DNA from: Cirrosporium novae-zelandiae
Taxonomy: Eukaryota
Assembly (NCBI GenBank): GCA_026023565.1
Contig: JAPETS010000011.1
Location: 744,001-795,753 of the forward strand
Length of the DNA stretch: 51,753 bases
Direction of reading: 5' to 3'
Shown: in pieces, positions 13,456-24,567 of the stretch
How the letters are laid out: each line of letters starts with the position of its first letter
Numbering within the stretch: position 1 is the first letter of the stretch
Notes under the pieces: model-generated
What the model was told of the DNA's origin: nothing
The model's database searches: none
The model's input: the letters and a program-made list of their open reading frames with translations, nothing else
Made by a program: the position numbers and the translations under genes

Positions 13456-13956
13456 CTAAGCTCTTAGGTATGCTTTCGGTGGCCTTCCAAGGCAAGCTTC
13501 GACATCATATTGGATCCGTTGCCGCACTCTCTCTTCATCTACTCTCTCTGCTTCCTCTCGGCTCTTAATATCCTCCATCGACATGTTGTAATTGCCGGCG
13601 CCACCTCTACCTTGGTAGAAGCTCCTCCCTCGTACATGTGTGATGGTTTCGGTAGTAATAGTGCCATGGGACTCCAGTTCCCGTGAAGAAAAGTAATTTC
13701 CAGCGCCACCCCGACCATAATGACCATATTCTGCCGGTTGTTCCTTGGGTGACGAGAGAGTCGATGAGCTTGTTGATCTTTGCGATTCCAAATCCTGTGC
13801 AAGTGCCCCATTAGCGGAGGGGACTCCAATCATCAATGTATGAACACGAACTGCTGTAGCGAGCCTTCGTGCTTGAATGCTCGCGTTGTCAGCATCGTCT
13901 TGGGGATAGAAGTTCCCAGCTCCTCCCCTGCCAACTCTAAGATAAGACTCTGACAT
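13456..13956 (-). CDS. GRGGAGN-repeat protein (DUF3602, Par32-like), about 147 aa; exons 13956-13852, 13794-13456
   Basis: Three GRGGAGN motifs; ATG at 13956; in-frame 57-bp intron GTTCGT..GCTAAT..CAG at 13795-13851. Confidence 0.85.
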   Translation of the reverse strand: MSESYLRVGRGGAGNFYPQDDADNASIQARRLATAVRVHTLMIGVPSANGALAQDLESQRSTSSSTLSSPKEQPAEYGHYGRGGAGNYFSSRELESHGTITTETITHVRGRSFYQGRGGAGNYNMSMEDIKSREEAERVDEERVRQRIQYDVEACLGRPPKAYLRA

Positions 13957-14431
13957 TGGGACGATGAGGGGGGATTGTGTTCGTGTGAGGAAAAAAGAAA
14001 GAAACAAAGATATGCTTTTGTGCAAGGAGACAAGAAATAAATAGTTACCCAAATCCTGATACAATAAAATTGAACAATTCGTTTACAAGGTCAATAGCAT
14101 AGGCCGGAGTCTTGGCCTGGATTGGGGAGGCGTCGATCTAGAATACCAAGGTGCGAGCAAAATCTTGACATAAACATATAGACTTTAGCTAACGATTATC
14201 GGGTAAACAACGATTGTAATTGGCGACTGTGGCTTATTTTTACACCAAAACCACGTTTAATATAGCGATTTGTCAGTAGTCAATATGTCTGTCAAGGGTC
14301 TGTTGTTGTTTTTTTGACTAGGTTAGTTATCTTGATATTTTCAGCTACACTTGAAGTTGACCTGGGTACCTAGTTACTTAGCAGTGCTACCTAGGGACCT
14401 AATTAGTAGGATCTAGGTACTTTTTTAAGGT

Positions 14432-14482
14432 CATCCAGGGCATCCAGGGCATCCAGGGCATCCAGGGTGGCCAGGGTAGCCA
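14432..14482. repeat. 9-bp tandem repeat (CATCCAGGG) x4 plus degenerate copies
   Basis: Read directly; lies in the divergent intergenic region between the DUF3602 and Nudix genes. Confidence 0.85.
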
Positions 14483-14789
14483 AGAAAACCAATTGCGCAG
14501 ATACTTGAAACTCATTTGCTTGGTTGCTAGGTAAGATAAGGCATCAATGCACCTACGGAAATCCTTCTAAAGACTTAGCCATTCCTCTCTGTCTTGCCCT
14601 ATATGAACCATCCCCCGACCGGAGCAACAAATCGAACCACTCTATTCCTTGCACCGAAATGCTTGCCCCTACCTCTTTCTGGATCCGAATGCCGCCAGCT
14701 CTAAGTTGCCTAACCAGTTTTATATATTACTATGCGTAATTTCTTAGCACTTTCTATCAAGCTGGACTTCGCTATCGGTTACTACGAAA

Positions 14790-15617
14790 ATGTCATCAGA
14801 CTCATCCATTGGCCAAGCGAAAATATTCCAGTCGCTGGCCCCAGCTTCGGCATGTGTAGTCTGCCCACCTTCTGATTGCCCTGTGTACGCAAATTTCGAA
14901 TACAGACATTTGACGGTAGGAGCAGGCGTGGCAATATTCCATCTCGCCTCTGCTAGAGTTGTGGTATGTTATCATAGCAGAGATAAATACTGGTTTCTAC
15001 CAAAAGGCCGCAGAGATGCGAATGAGGAGACGGGACCCGGGGCAGAGAGGGAAGGGTTTGAGGAGGTGAGCATATGAGATACCCCTCTTCAGATAGGGAG
15101 TATGATTTAATGTGTTTCTTGACAATAGTCTGGGTACCGAAACCGACTTCTTCCCATATCTTTAAGCCACCGGCAGCCCAAACCTCATAACCCTGCCGGG
15201 AAATCTATGACTCCATTTGTGACAGAACCAATTTGGACACAGCTTGTACCCCAATCCCCAAGATCCCAGTATCTCCTTTTCTGGTATATAGCAGAAACCC
15301 TTCCTCCAGATATTGAACAGAGCTTGAATGCACAGACCAAAGAACAAGCTTCCTCATCGTCTGAAAACCCTTACCAGTATCCGCCGAGATATCCTGATGA
15401 TCTGACATTGGCCGCGCGCTTGAAACTTGAACCCCAAGAATATGAACCCTTGCATCATCCAAACACCGGAGTAGATGACGAAGAAGCACAATATGTTTCC
15501 CATCTCCTTCCTATCAACGAAGCGCTACAAAAGTTAAAAGGAAGCCTCCAGCAGACCGTAGTCAATCAAGGATGGGAAGGGATTTGTTTGAGGCATACAA
15601 TGGAGAATCTGACTTGA
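14790..15617 (+). CDS. Nudix hydrolase, about 254 aa; exons 14790-15065, 15129-15617
   Basis: Splicing GTGAGC..TAG (15066-15128) restores a full Nudix box GRRDANEETGPGAEREGFEESGY (GX5EX7REUXEEXGU), preceded by WFLPK. Confidence 0.92.
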
Positions 15618-18600
15618 TTTGATTCCAGAAAGATGAAAACCTCGGGTCAAACCTGAAAGCCCGAAGCTGACATGGTTTCTTGAATTCAATGGTGTATAGT
15701 GGACTGTCTACTAATCTGGCCCTTTCAGCTACACCAATGGTGACCAGGAGGTCCCTATCCATGTTATGCTTGGTACTCTGAACCCGTTACTGTGGTATAG
15801 ACCTACTAAATGCCGAACCCCACCTCCGTAAGGATGATCCCCACCTAGAAAATGCATCTATCCGTTCTCATTCTTCATGTTGTCTTACAGGCCGACTCTC
15901 TACAAAGAAACTACGAAGTGACATAAAAATATCAATTTGAGAATGCACGGGTAGCAAGTGCCTACCCTGCATGCTTCTATAAATATGCTGTGAAGACACG
16001 AAACACTGTCTATCTGAAAATTCATATTAGTACTATCTCCTCATTTAAACAATACTCAAACTGTTCCTAAAGTATGCTGCGACCGATTGCGCTATTCTGA
16101 AAGTCACGGGAGTTGAACCAAGCTGGCGGGTTAAAAACTGGACAATGCGGCGCTTCGGGCCGTCTGCACTAGCAAAAAATATAGTAATTGGATAAAAATC
16201 GCATGTCAAGCATAACCAACGAACGGAACTAAGAGGTTCACTTGAGAGTGATTGTAAACGCGTTCTTGATTTTATTGATCATCTGTAACAACGGCGGGGA
16301 GGAGGGGCTCGTTGGAACGAAAGGCACCAATGAGACGCGTAAGTCCTAGACGCGAGAAGGAGGGTGGAAAAAGGGGTTTTCATGATGGTCGTTTCAGATT
16401 ACAAGACCACCCCTCGAATCGAGTATTCCTATCACCTATTTTGTTTGGGGATTTCTCCAACATTATAGGTTCGAAAGTCGAACCAGATCAAACCGCCGCC
16501 TTGTTTGAAGGTCCTCTCAATGTGAATTGGACAATATCTCTGCCTTTCGATTAACGTCCTAGGCGCTTAAGTGTACGAGAAAGGCCTAGGTACCTAGGTA
16601 CTAATGGCTCGTTATCCTATGAGGAGGTTCTGCAAATTTATTGTTGGCTCCTATATTTTAGGGCTTGGGGCCATTTTGCTTATCGAGAATAAACACTTAC
16701 GACAGCACGGGGTCGGAGGGAGCCGCATTCAGTGCCAGCTAACAGCCAAATAGTCGGAGACTCGGGAATCAATATATCTTTCTTTTTCAATTGCCGTTAC
16801 CGCTCACAGGCCAATTGTAGCTCTTAGAATCCAGTCCCGGCTCATTGGCTTGTTGACGGTTCACCACTAGTAGCAAAGACATTCGACATCCCGTTCGTTC
16901 TCCCCAGGGTGTTCTCTCCATTGACTATGGTCAGACTCTGACGCTATAGTTCATTATCATATTCGGGCCGTCGAAACGCTTCTGCAATGTTGACGGTAGA
17001 GATGTGTACTTCTGACGACGACAAGTTGTTTGAAACAGATGGACAAAGAGGTTACAGGCATGGGGTATTTCCGTTGCACAATTACTTCTTAAGCGCATTA
17101 CTTCGGGCTAAAGCGTTAAAAACAATTGAGCACATAGGAATCAAGGGGTACCAAGGGGCTTTCCGTGTTCATCGTTTTGCAGAGCAACGGGCGATGTGTG
17201 ATGATGATGCAAGGGTTAAGGATGAATGTTTCGTTCCAGTTCACCACAACAACAAACCTCAAACTTCTACTGAATTATAAGTTGATACATTATAGTTCAC
17301 GAAAGCCGAGACGTAGAAGGGCTGCTAGCGAGCTTATTCCTTTTCTACTCCCTACCCAGCCTAGTTTATTTACAGAAATGGCTCCCACGAAATGTTCCGT
17401 CTCATCTCATCATCAAACAAAACCCCTTGCAGCTGTAACAACACACACCAGCTTTTCAGGCTATTGTTAGTTTTCTCCATCATTCTATCCCGACTAGGTC
17501 TTAACATTATACGGGATTTGCTATCTTCCCTATCGCACGAAGTAAAACTGGTAGTCGCCGCAGAGAGAGAGTGAGCTCTGACAAACTTGGCGATTACTAC
17601 TACTCATGTTAGCGATAAGGATCCCGATAAGATGCTGATTCTATATGATGGGATTTTTTTGTGTCATGTCATGGTGATTTAATTCGTAGGTAGGTAAATG
17701 CCTTTAGACGAGATGTATTGGAGTGAGTGATGCGCTTTTGTGATGGAACGGGGGGAGGGCATCTAAATCTTCAAATTGAAAAAATAGAAATGCCCTCCCT
17801 AATTATATCCATAGTCTTTGCCCCTCTCATCCAGCATCCAGCACATACATAAATATCCACCAAAAAGGCCATCATGTCCCAAATGGTAAACCATTAATGC
17901 GATACCGATGTTAAACTTCATGATCAGCAAGAGTCCGACTGACATATTTCGAGTAACAGGTCAGATTTTCCAGTTGACAAGTGATGATATATATATATAT
18001 ATATTCGGAAAATAAACTTGAGTGAGTGAACAACAACAATGCTAGGAATACCGAGACGGGACGGGACGGTTAGGGGGAGGATTGATTATATTTATTCTAG
18101 AACAAATGAATTCCCTCCCACAATAATCACAACCCCCTATTCTGATGTAAGTGAGCGAGTGAGTGAGTGAATGAATATTCTACTATACCGTCTTTAATTC
18201 ACCTAGCTTAAGTCCTCCTCCTCCTCCTCCTTCTCCTCCCCATTGTCATCAAATCTTAAGCCCTGGGGGAGAGAGGAAGAGAGGAACAGAAAAAGAGAAC
18301 AAAATCCATTTACCCAAGTAGCTTGCTCATTTACTCATATTTTTTTTACTTTGAATGAATGAATGTATATCAACTCGATTTAAAAGAAAACCAAAAACTT
18401 TCCTCTTAGTATTATCATTATTATTATTTAAAAAAATATTTATCTATGTTCCCCAACCAACTATTTTAGTTCTTTTTTCAGTGTGTTGGTTCTGACTGCC
18501 AATTCTTGGGACTTCTTCCTTCCTTCCATTTCTCGAGAGAGAACCATCTATTTCATTAGTTTTATCTAAAGATTCTAGCTAGCATGGTTATCTAACAAAC

Positions 18601-18632
18601 AAAACAAAGGAACAAACAAATAAAAATCATAA

Positions 18633-19483
18633 ATGACTTCGACCTCAGTCTCATCTTCGCAAGCCGCCAAGCGCAAGAGATGCAATGATGAGACCTCCCT
18701 GCCCAGCTCAGAGACGTTATGTTCTTGTGACAGCAACAACAGCAACAGCAGCAGCAACAGCAGCAACAGCAGCAACAGCAGAAGAAGCAGTAATAGTGAC
18801 GGTCATTCCACCCAGCAAGAGAATACTACAAAACGCAGGAGTAAGTTCCCTTCCTCCCCTTATCCTCCCTCCCAATTCTATATGCAGATACTATAATCCC
18901 CCAAAGCCCCCAAGTTAACAAAACCCCAAACACATAAAAAGCAGAGATCCAAGAACCCAACCCTACTACTACTACTACCCCACAGCCTCCCGCCACCACC
19001 ACCTCTTCATCCCAAGCTAGTCCCTTCCCTCACCATCCCCCCCCTCCTCCTCCTAACCTCCTAACTAACACAGCCGCACTACGTCAAGCGATCCACGGGA
19101 ACCTTCATCAGATAGTCGACCACATTGAGGGCATGCAATGGCAAGGTTGTTTGATGCTGGTCTCGGCTGTGTTGGCTGTGCAACAGAATGTTGGGGATTC
19201 TATATTTTCTGGGGTCTTGGGGGGACAGGGTAGTGCCAGGGGGGAATGGCAGGATTTCTTGTTGACGCAGTTGGGGATTTGGAAGGATGAGCTTAGGGGT
19301 GTGGAGAGGGTTAGTAGTGATGTGATTGTTAGGGGTGGTGATGGTGGCAGTGGAGGAGGATCTGGGAGGGATCCTGGAGATAAACGGAATTGTCAGACAA
19401 GGCGGTGGAAGGAGGAAGTGGGAGAAAACGGGTTGGTTATTTTGGATTTTACTGGTGATGATGATAGCGACAATAAGGGGTGA
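18633..19483 (+). CDS. Hypothetical spliced protein, about 248 aa (Ser/Asn- and Pro/Thr-rich N half, helical C half); exons 18633-18840, 18945-19483
   Basis: GTAAGT donor at 18841 and CAG acceptor at 18944 join ORF 18633 in frame, without stops, to ORF 19133-19483; basic KRKR and KRRK stretches. Confidence 0.6.
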
Positions 19484-20077
19484 GGTTGAAGTAAGGATCA
19501 CTTTTTTCTCATGGAACTTTTCCTTGAGGGGGGCCTTCCTGGTAGAACTTATATTGGAAGGTTTAAGGAAGAATATTATCGAGTTTAGGGAATGGGAAAC
19601 TGCTAGCTAGATCTTGAAAAGAGGATATTAATAGGAAACGGAAGTATTTAGAAATATTTTGGTTATATCTAAGTATACATAATAACTTCATAACCAACCC
19701 GTTTTGCGTTCAGGTTCCATGTGAGCTGTGAGTTACCACCTGGGTAGTTTATTCAAGTATTTAAGTACTGAACCCTATTTCATTAATTTATCCATCCATG
19801 GCCGGGCGTCAATAGACACATTCCCAGCTTTTTTTTTATTCAGGTACAGAAATAAAAAAAAAACTTGTGACTGTAGCTCCCAATCCATAATCCCACAAAA
19901 GGCCGTGTGGAGTTTATAAATCCTTTTCTATTCGCTTGTAATTATTTCTCTCATCTTTCAACTCCAAACCTGGGGGTAGGTAGGTAGGTTAGGTAGGACA
20001 TATATATCCCTCTTGTTGTTGTGGTGGTGGCATCGATTACTTGATTATATGTTAGACATCATACATCATACATCATC

Positions 20078-20885
20078 ATGAATTCAGTTGCTTCGACCGC
20101 CTTTGGGTCATCGGCTTCGGCTGTCTTCTCGTCAGCGAACGGTAAGATGAAACAGGAACTTAGATTCATTTGTGACTCTGAAGCTTCGAGCAGCAGTAGC
20201 AGCAGCAACACCAATGGTGGTCACCACAAAGAAAGATGGTCTGTTCCTACTGTTCACGTCAACAGTCATCAACTTGGTGACTACAGGTCTTCTCCTCATT
20301 ATACCGTCAAAGGCCCTTCAAGTATTCTCCCCCCCCCCCTTATACTCACATCACATACTACATTTTCACTAACAACAACCCCCCAAAAAGCAACATTCCA
20401 AGTAGCACCACTCCACGAACTCGCCAATACCCATATCCATAACCATAACGCCACCTACCCCGAAGAAGAATACATCTTCAATCGATTTGAATTCCACCGC
20501 CTCGTTCAAACAGTTTCCAATAAAATCAAACCTGGTTTCCTCTGGCCACTTCACGTTACCGAGCATGTACAGGAGAATGTGGAGATGGTTTTGAAACGGG
20601 CTTTTGAAGGAATGTATATATTCACCCGTCCCCTCCCTTTTTTTTCTGCTGACTTAAGTTGGATTTTTATTAGACGCCAAGATATGCTGTGAGAAGGATT
20701 CTCGAAACGTAGTTGAATCTCGAGATTTCAGGAATGGTCTAGCAGTGAGAAGTTTGACTGGAGATTATGCTGGTTGGGATGACATGATTGATGGGATTCT
20801 GGCCTGGGATGATACGACAACCGAGGAGGAGTTTTTGTCTGGAGATGAGGACGACATGACATGGGGGACTTGGAACGAGAAGTAG
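20078..20885 (+). CDS. Highly divergent histone H3-fold protein (H3 variant/CenH3-like), about 247 aa if 20610-20673 is spliced as a GA-AG intron; may be a recent pseudogene
   Basis: YIFNRFEFHRLVQTVSNKIKPGFLWPLHVTEHVQENVEMVLKRAFE|DAKICCEKDSRNVVESRDFRNGLAVR aligns without gaps to the H3 fold [72 protein letters not shown]; branch site GCTGAC and TAG acceptor present, donor is GAATGT. Confidence 0.72.
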
Positions 20886-22427
20886 GCTATGATGATGACG
20901 GCTGGAAATGGCCTTGGCCTAGGTCTGGAGTTAAGCTGGTGATGATGGATATTATGGGGGGTTTTCTGTTATGTGAATTGCTCCGCGTAGTCAATGGTGG
21001 CCTACAGAGAGTGGGGACGGCATATCGAAAGATAAGCGGGGACTAGCTTATATCTAGGATATGTGGTAGCGGAAGGGAGAGGAATAACTGAGAATTAGCA
21101 TACTTGAACGAATTATCTTCTTAATGCTGCCTGCCGGTTTATGGCCTACCTACCTAGGTACCTACCGCAAGCTAGATTTTCAATACTAATATTAATAACA
21201 ATGTTCAACGCAGGGGGGAGGGGGTACTTCTATCCAATATCCAAGGGAATTTGTCATAGCAACCCCCATCATATTATATCACACCACATCACATCTCTCA
21301 AGTTCAAGTTCAATCCAATCCATGAAATCCACACACCTTCTTCTTCTTTCCTCACCCCCTCACACATAAAACTAAGAAGAATCCATAGCTTTTGCATCCT
21401 CACTCATCCCCCCCCCTAAAAAGGATTTAAAAAAAAATTGAAATTTTCTTTTAAAACACACATACACATGGCCAAAATAACTGAAAAAAAAAATTGAGAT
21501 AGTTCCGAGCGAAGATTTAAGTTTGAATGAATAAATGAAAAAAGGAAAGTAGGTGTGTGGATAGGTGGATGTTGATATTGATATTATATGAAATATCCAA
21601 GGAGGGGGCGGTCCATCATCGAGAGAGAGAGGGAGAGAGAGGCGAAATCAAACGAACAAATAGGGGGGAAAGAAAAAACATTCAAAATCACCCAACCAAT
21701 CAATTAAGCCTAAACATTTTCATTTTCATTTTTTTCTCTTTCTAGTCACGAACGAGCCCTTTGAAGGATTAATAAAATTATCTTAGTCGCATTTAGTCGC
21801 AACTTGTGAAGGAAGGATACATACCTACCTAGGTACTTACTTACCAAGTTGTATGTAGAGAATAGAAATGGAATAGAATAAGGCTCTGGCTGTGGCTCTG
21901 ACTTCTGGCTTATTTATTTGGCGCACGCTGAGAATAAAAAGGGTGTGGAGGTACTGTACATGTTACATGTACAGTAAATGGCATCTAAGAGTAGAATATA
22001 TGGAATAGAATAACAAAACGAAGGTAGCTAATTAGCTAGTTGATATACCTACTCTCTTTCTTTCTCTTTTCTCTTTTCTCTTTCTCTTTTCTCTTTCTCT
22101 TTTTCTTTCCTTCTCATATATGTCATGTCATGTCATATGTATGCATCATCAAAGAAAGCTTTTTTATTAAAAAAAAAAGGGAGGGAAGGAGGAAGGGAAA
22201 AGAGGAAAGGAACGAAAAAGAGAGGAATATAACGATCAGAAATACTTGCTGGAATATAGTGATTGTTTACAAAAAGGAAGGAGATGTAATTAACTTGTCG
22301 AGTTTTAGTTTGGGTAGGTAGGTAGGTGGTGCAATGAAAAAGGATGTGTACAAGGGTACTCAGTAATTACTTGGTATATTCTTTACCTCTCACGTGCCTC
22401 TTTACCTACTTTTTGCCAATCCTTCAT

Positions 22428-22465
22428 ATACCACATACCACATACCACATACCACATACCATACA
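22428..22465. repeat. 7-bp tandem repeat (ATACCAC) about x5
   Basis: Read directly. Confidence 0.85.
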
Positions 22466-23101
22466 CATACCCCTAAATAATAAATACCATTTAAAGAAAT
22501 AACTTAATCCAGTTCATTCGAATAATCTTTTAAAAGTATGCAATTTTTCTTAAATTAAATAAACAACATCAACTTTCATCCCTCATAAAATCGGTAAAAA
22601 AGGAGATAAGTATATGGGGGGAAGGGGGGGGGGGGTTTGTTCAAGGAATCAAGGACCGAATTGATAGGTACAGGTATATCCATACAAGGTTTTATGCACT
22701 TAGACTCTACTTTTATTGTACTGTAGTATGTACATGTATAGAAAGTACCTAGGTAGATAAATATCCCAAAGTATGGATAAGATAGATCAACTATTGTACA
22801 TGTACTGTACTATAAAAATCTTTCATCCAGGATCTGTGTGCATTTGAGCTCCCATCCTTATACACCTATACATACAAACACACAACTTCCAACAAAATAC
22901 CCTCCTCATCATATCCACGTTTTCATTTTATAATCCTATCAACAACGACAGCAACGACCCCATTATCCGACTCTTTCTCATCCCCCTCCCCCTCCCCCTT
23001 TCAATCCCATAATAGAGACTTTGCCCGGCCCGGCCTGTTATCATTTTTTTAACCACTCCCCCCCCAACCAAACCCACACCCACGCCAACCCACCAACTCA
23101 C

Positions 23102-23627
23102 TTAAATATAAACTTGGTAAAACCCCAACTTAACCTCACCCTCACTCCCACCAACAACCCTCAACACCGCCCTCCCAGCCCACTCCTTCACATCCCTCAC
23201 CCCACCATCACCATCACCACTACCATCCTTCTTCAATTCATATTCCACGTCCCCATACAACATGACCTCAAGCGCATCCGAACCAAAAGGAAACACTTTA
23301 TGAATTGTATGTTTGCGGGATTTTACATACTCCCACATGCTTGCGCGGAGGGATTTGATTTCTGGGGGACTTTGTTAATTGGGGGCACGGGGGACAGGGG
23401 ACGGGAGATGGGAACAACGAACCAGATGTCCCCTGCGCAATCTTAGAACCAAGTTTGAATGTTGCATCGTCGGTGAAAGAATTCACGTAGGTGTCGTGCG
23501 CGTTGGGGTTATCGGAGATTTCGTAAAACTTTTCGAGGAATTTGAGGACTGAGGGGTTTATGGGGAGGTGGGTTGGGAATTCGGCTTTGTAGGATGATGA
23601 TGAGGTGGTGGTGGTGGAAAGAGACAT
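23102..23627 (-). CDS. SnoaL/NTF2-like fold fungal protein, about 154 aa; exons 23627-23423, 23361-23102
   Basis: FLEKFYEISDNP..YVNSFTDDATF..GTS|EIKSLRASMWEYVKSRKHTIHKVFPFG..EVMLYGDVEY..EWAGRA..FYQVY; 61-bp intron GTTCGT..TTAAC..CAG at 23362-23422. Confidence 0.8.
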
Positions 23628-24567
23628 GCTTGGTGGTGAATGGGTCCTTTTTCTTAAATAAAATTCCTATAAGAAGAAGAAGAAGAAGGAGGAGGAGGAG
23701 GAGGAGTGGTTGTGTAAATTTATAAAATTGAGCTGAGTTGAATGTGTCAAGATAAATGTTCTTAACTGTACATGTACAAATATATATTTCGATGAAGGAT
23801 GGTTTTCTAAATAATTAGTAGTAAAATATTTTCAGTAGAACAATGGATATTTGGGGGAAAGACTATTAACTATTAATTATTAACAACGGCGGTGGTCGTG
23901 GCTCACTCATCATCCCCATCATCTTCTTCTTCTATTTCAAATGCAAAGTAATTATCAAACTTGGGGGAGAGAAAAAGTGACGTCGAGCTTTGATTTTCGG
24001 CAGATCATTTCGGGACGAGCCTCCCTCCTCCTCCGCATTCCTTGGCGGGTATAGTAATTAGCGGGCTGGCTTACCTAAGGCACTATTACTTAAGATGTCT
24101 AGCCCTAGCACGCACGCACTTGACCACGGGTCCATTATTGAAGATATGAAAATATCTGTTCAGGGAGGCCCCTCAAATAAAACTGGAGGGGTTTGATTCA
24201 AATTGGTTTCTTAATCGGAGTAGATTTTTTGCATCTTAAATATTGAGGAGGGCTTTTAGATACGAAATGAGCCATGGGAATACTCACTCGTTCGAGAGGA
24301 TGAAGATAAATGACCTAGAATTGTAAGAGTATATTGACTGAGTGTGATTCTGGCATAAGATCAATAGTTCCCATGTTCGAAGAAGGGTTAATTGCATCAG
24401 ATTTATATCATCCTACTTTTCCAATGTTCATAGATTGTACTTTCGAAAGCAGTAGCGTGGGTGAACACATCAAGTCTTATGTCAGCCGTATAGGGTATCA
24501 CATTATTAACCAAACCAATCTCAGACGCCTTTTCCTCCCTGGTATAAGGTTATCCAAGCAAAATAAC

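Noticed and set aside
16987..17574. Chain of short plus-strand ORFs as a gene
   Set aside because: No domain similarity recognised and no convincing splice path; at most a decayed fragment
20078..20885. Calling this the organism's true CenH3 (cse4)
   Set aside because: Loop 1 is not extended, the HAKRVT motif is lost and the C-terminus is acidic; too divergent to assign the symbol without phylogeny
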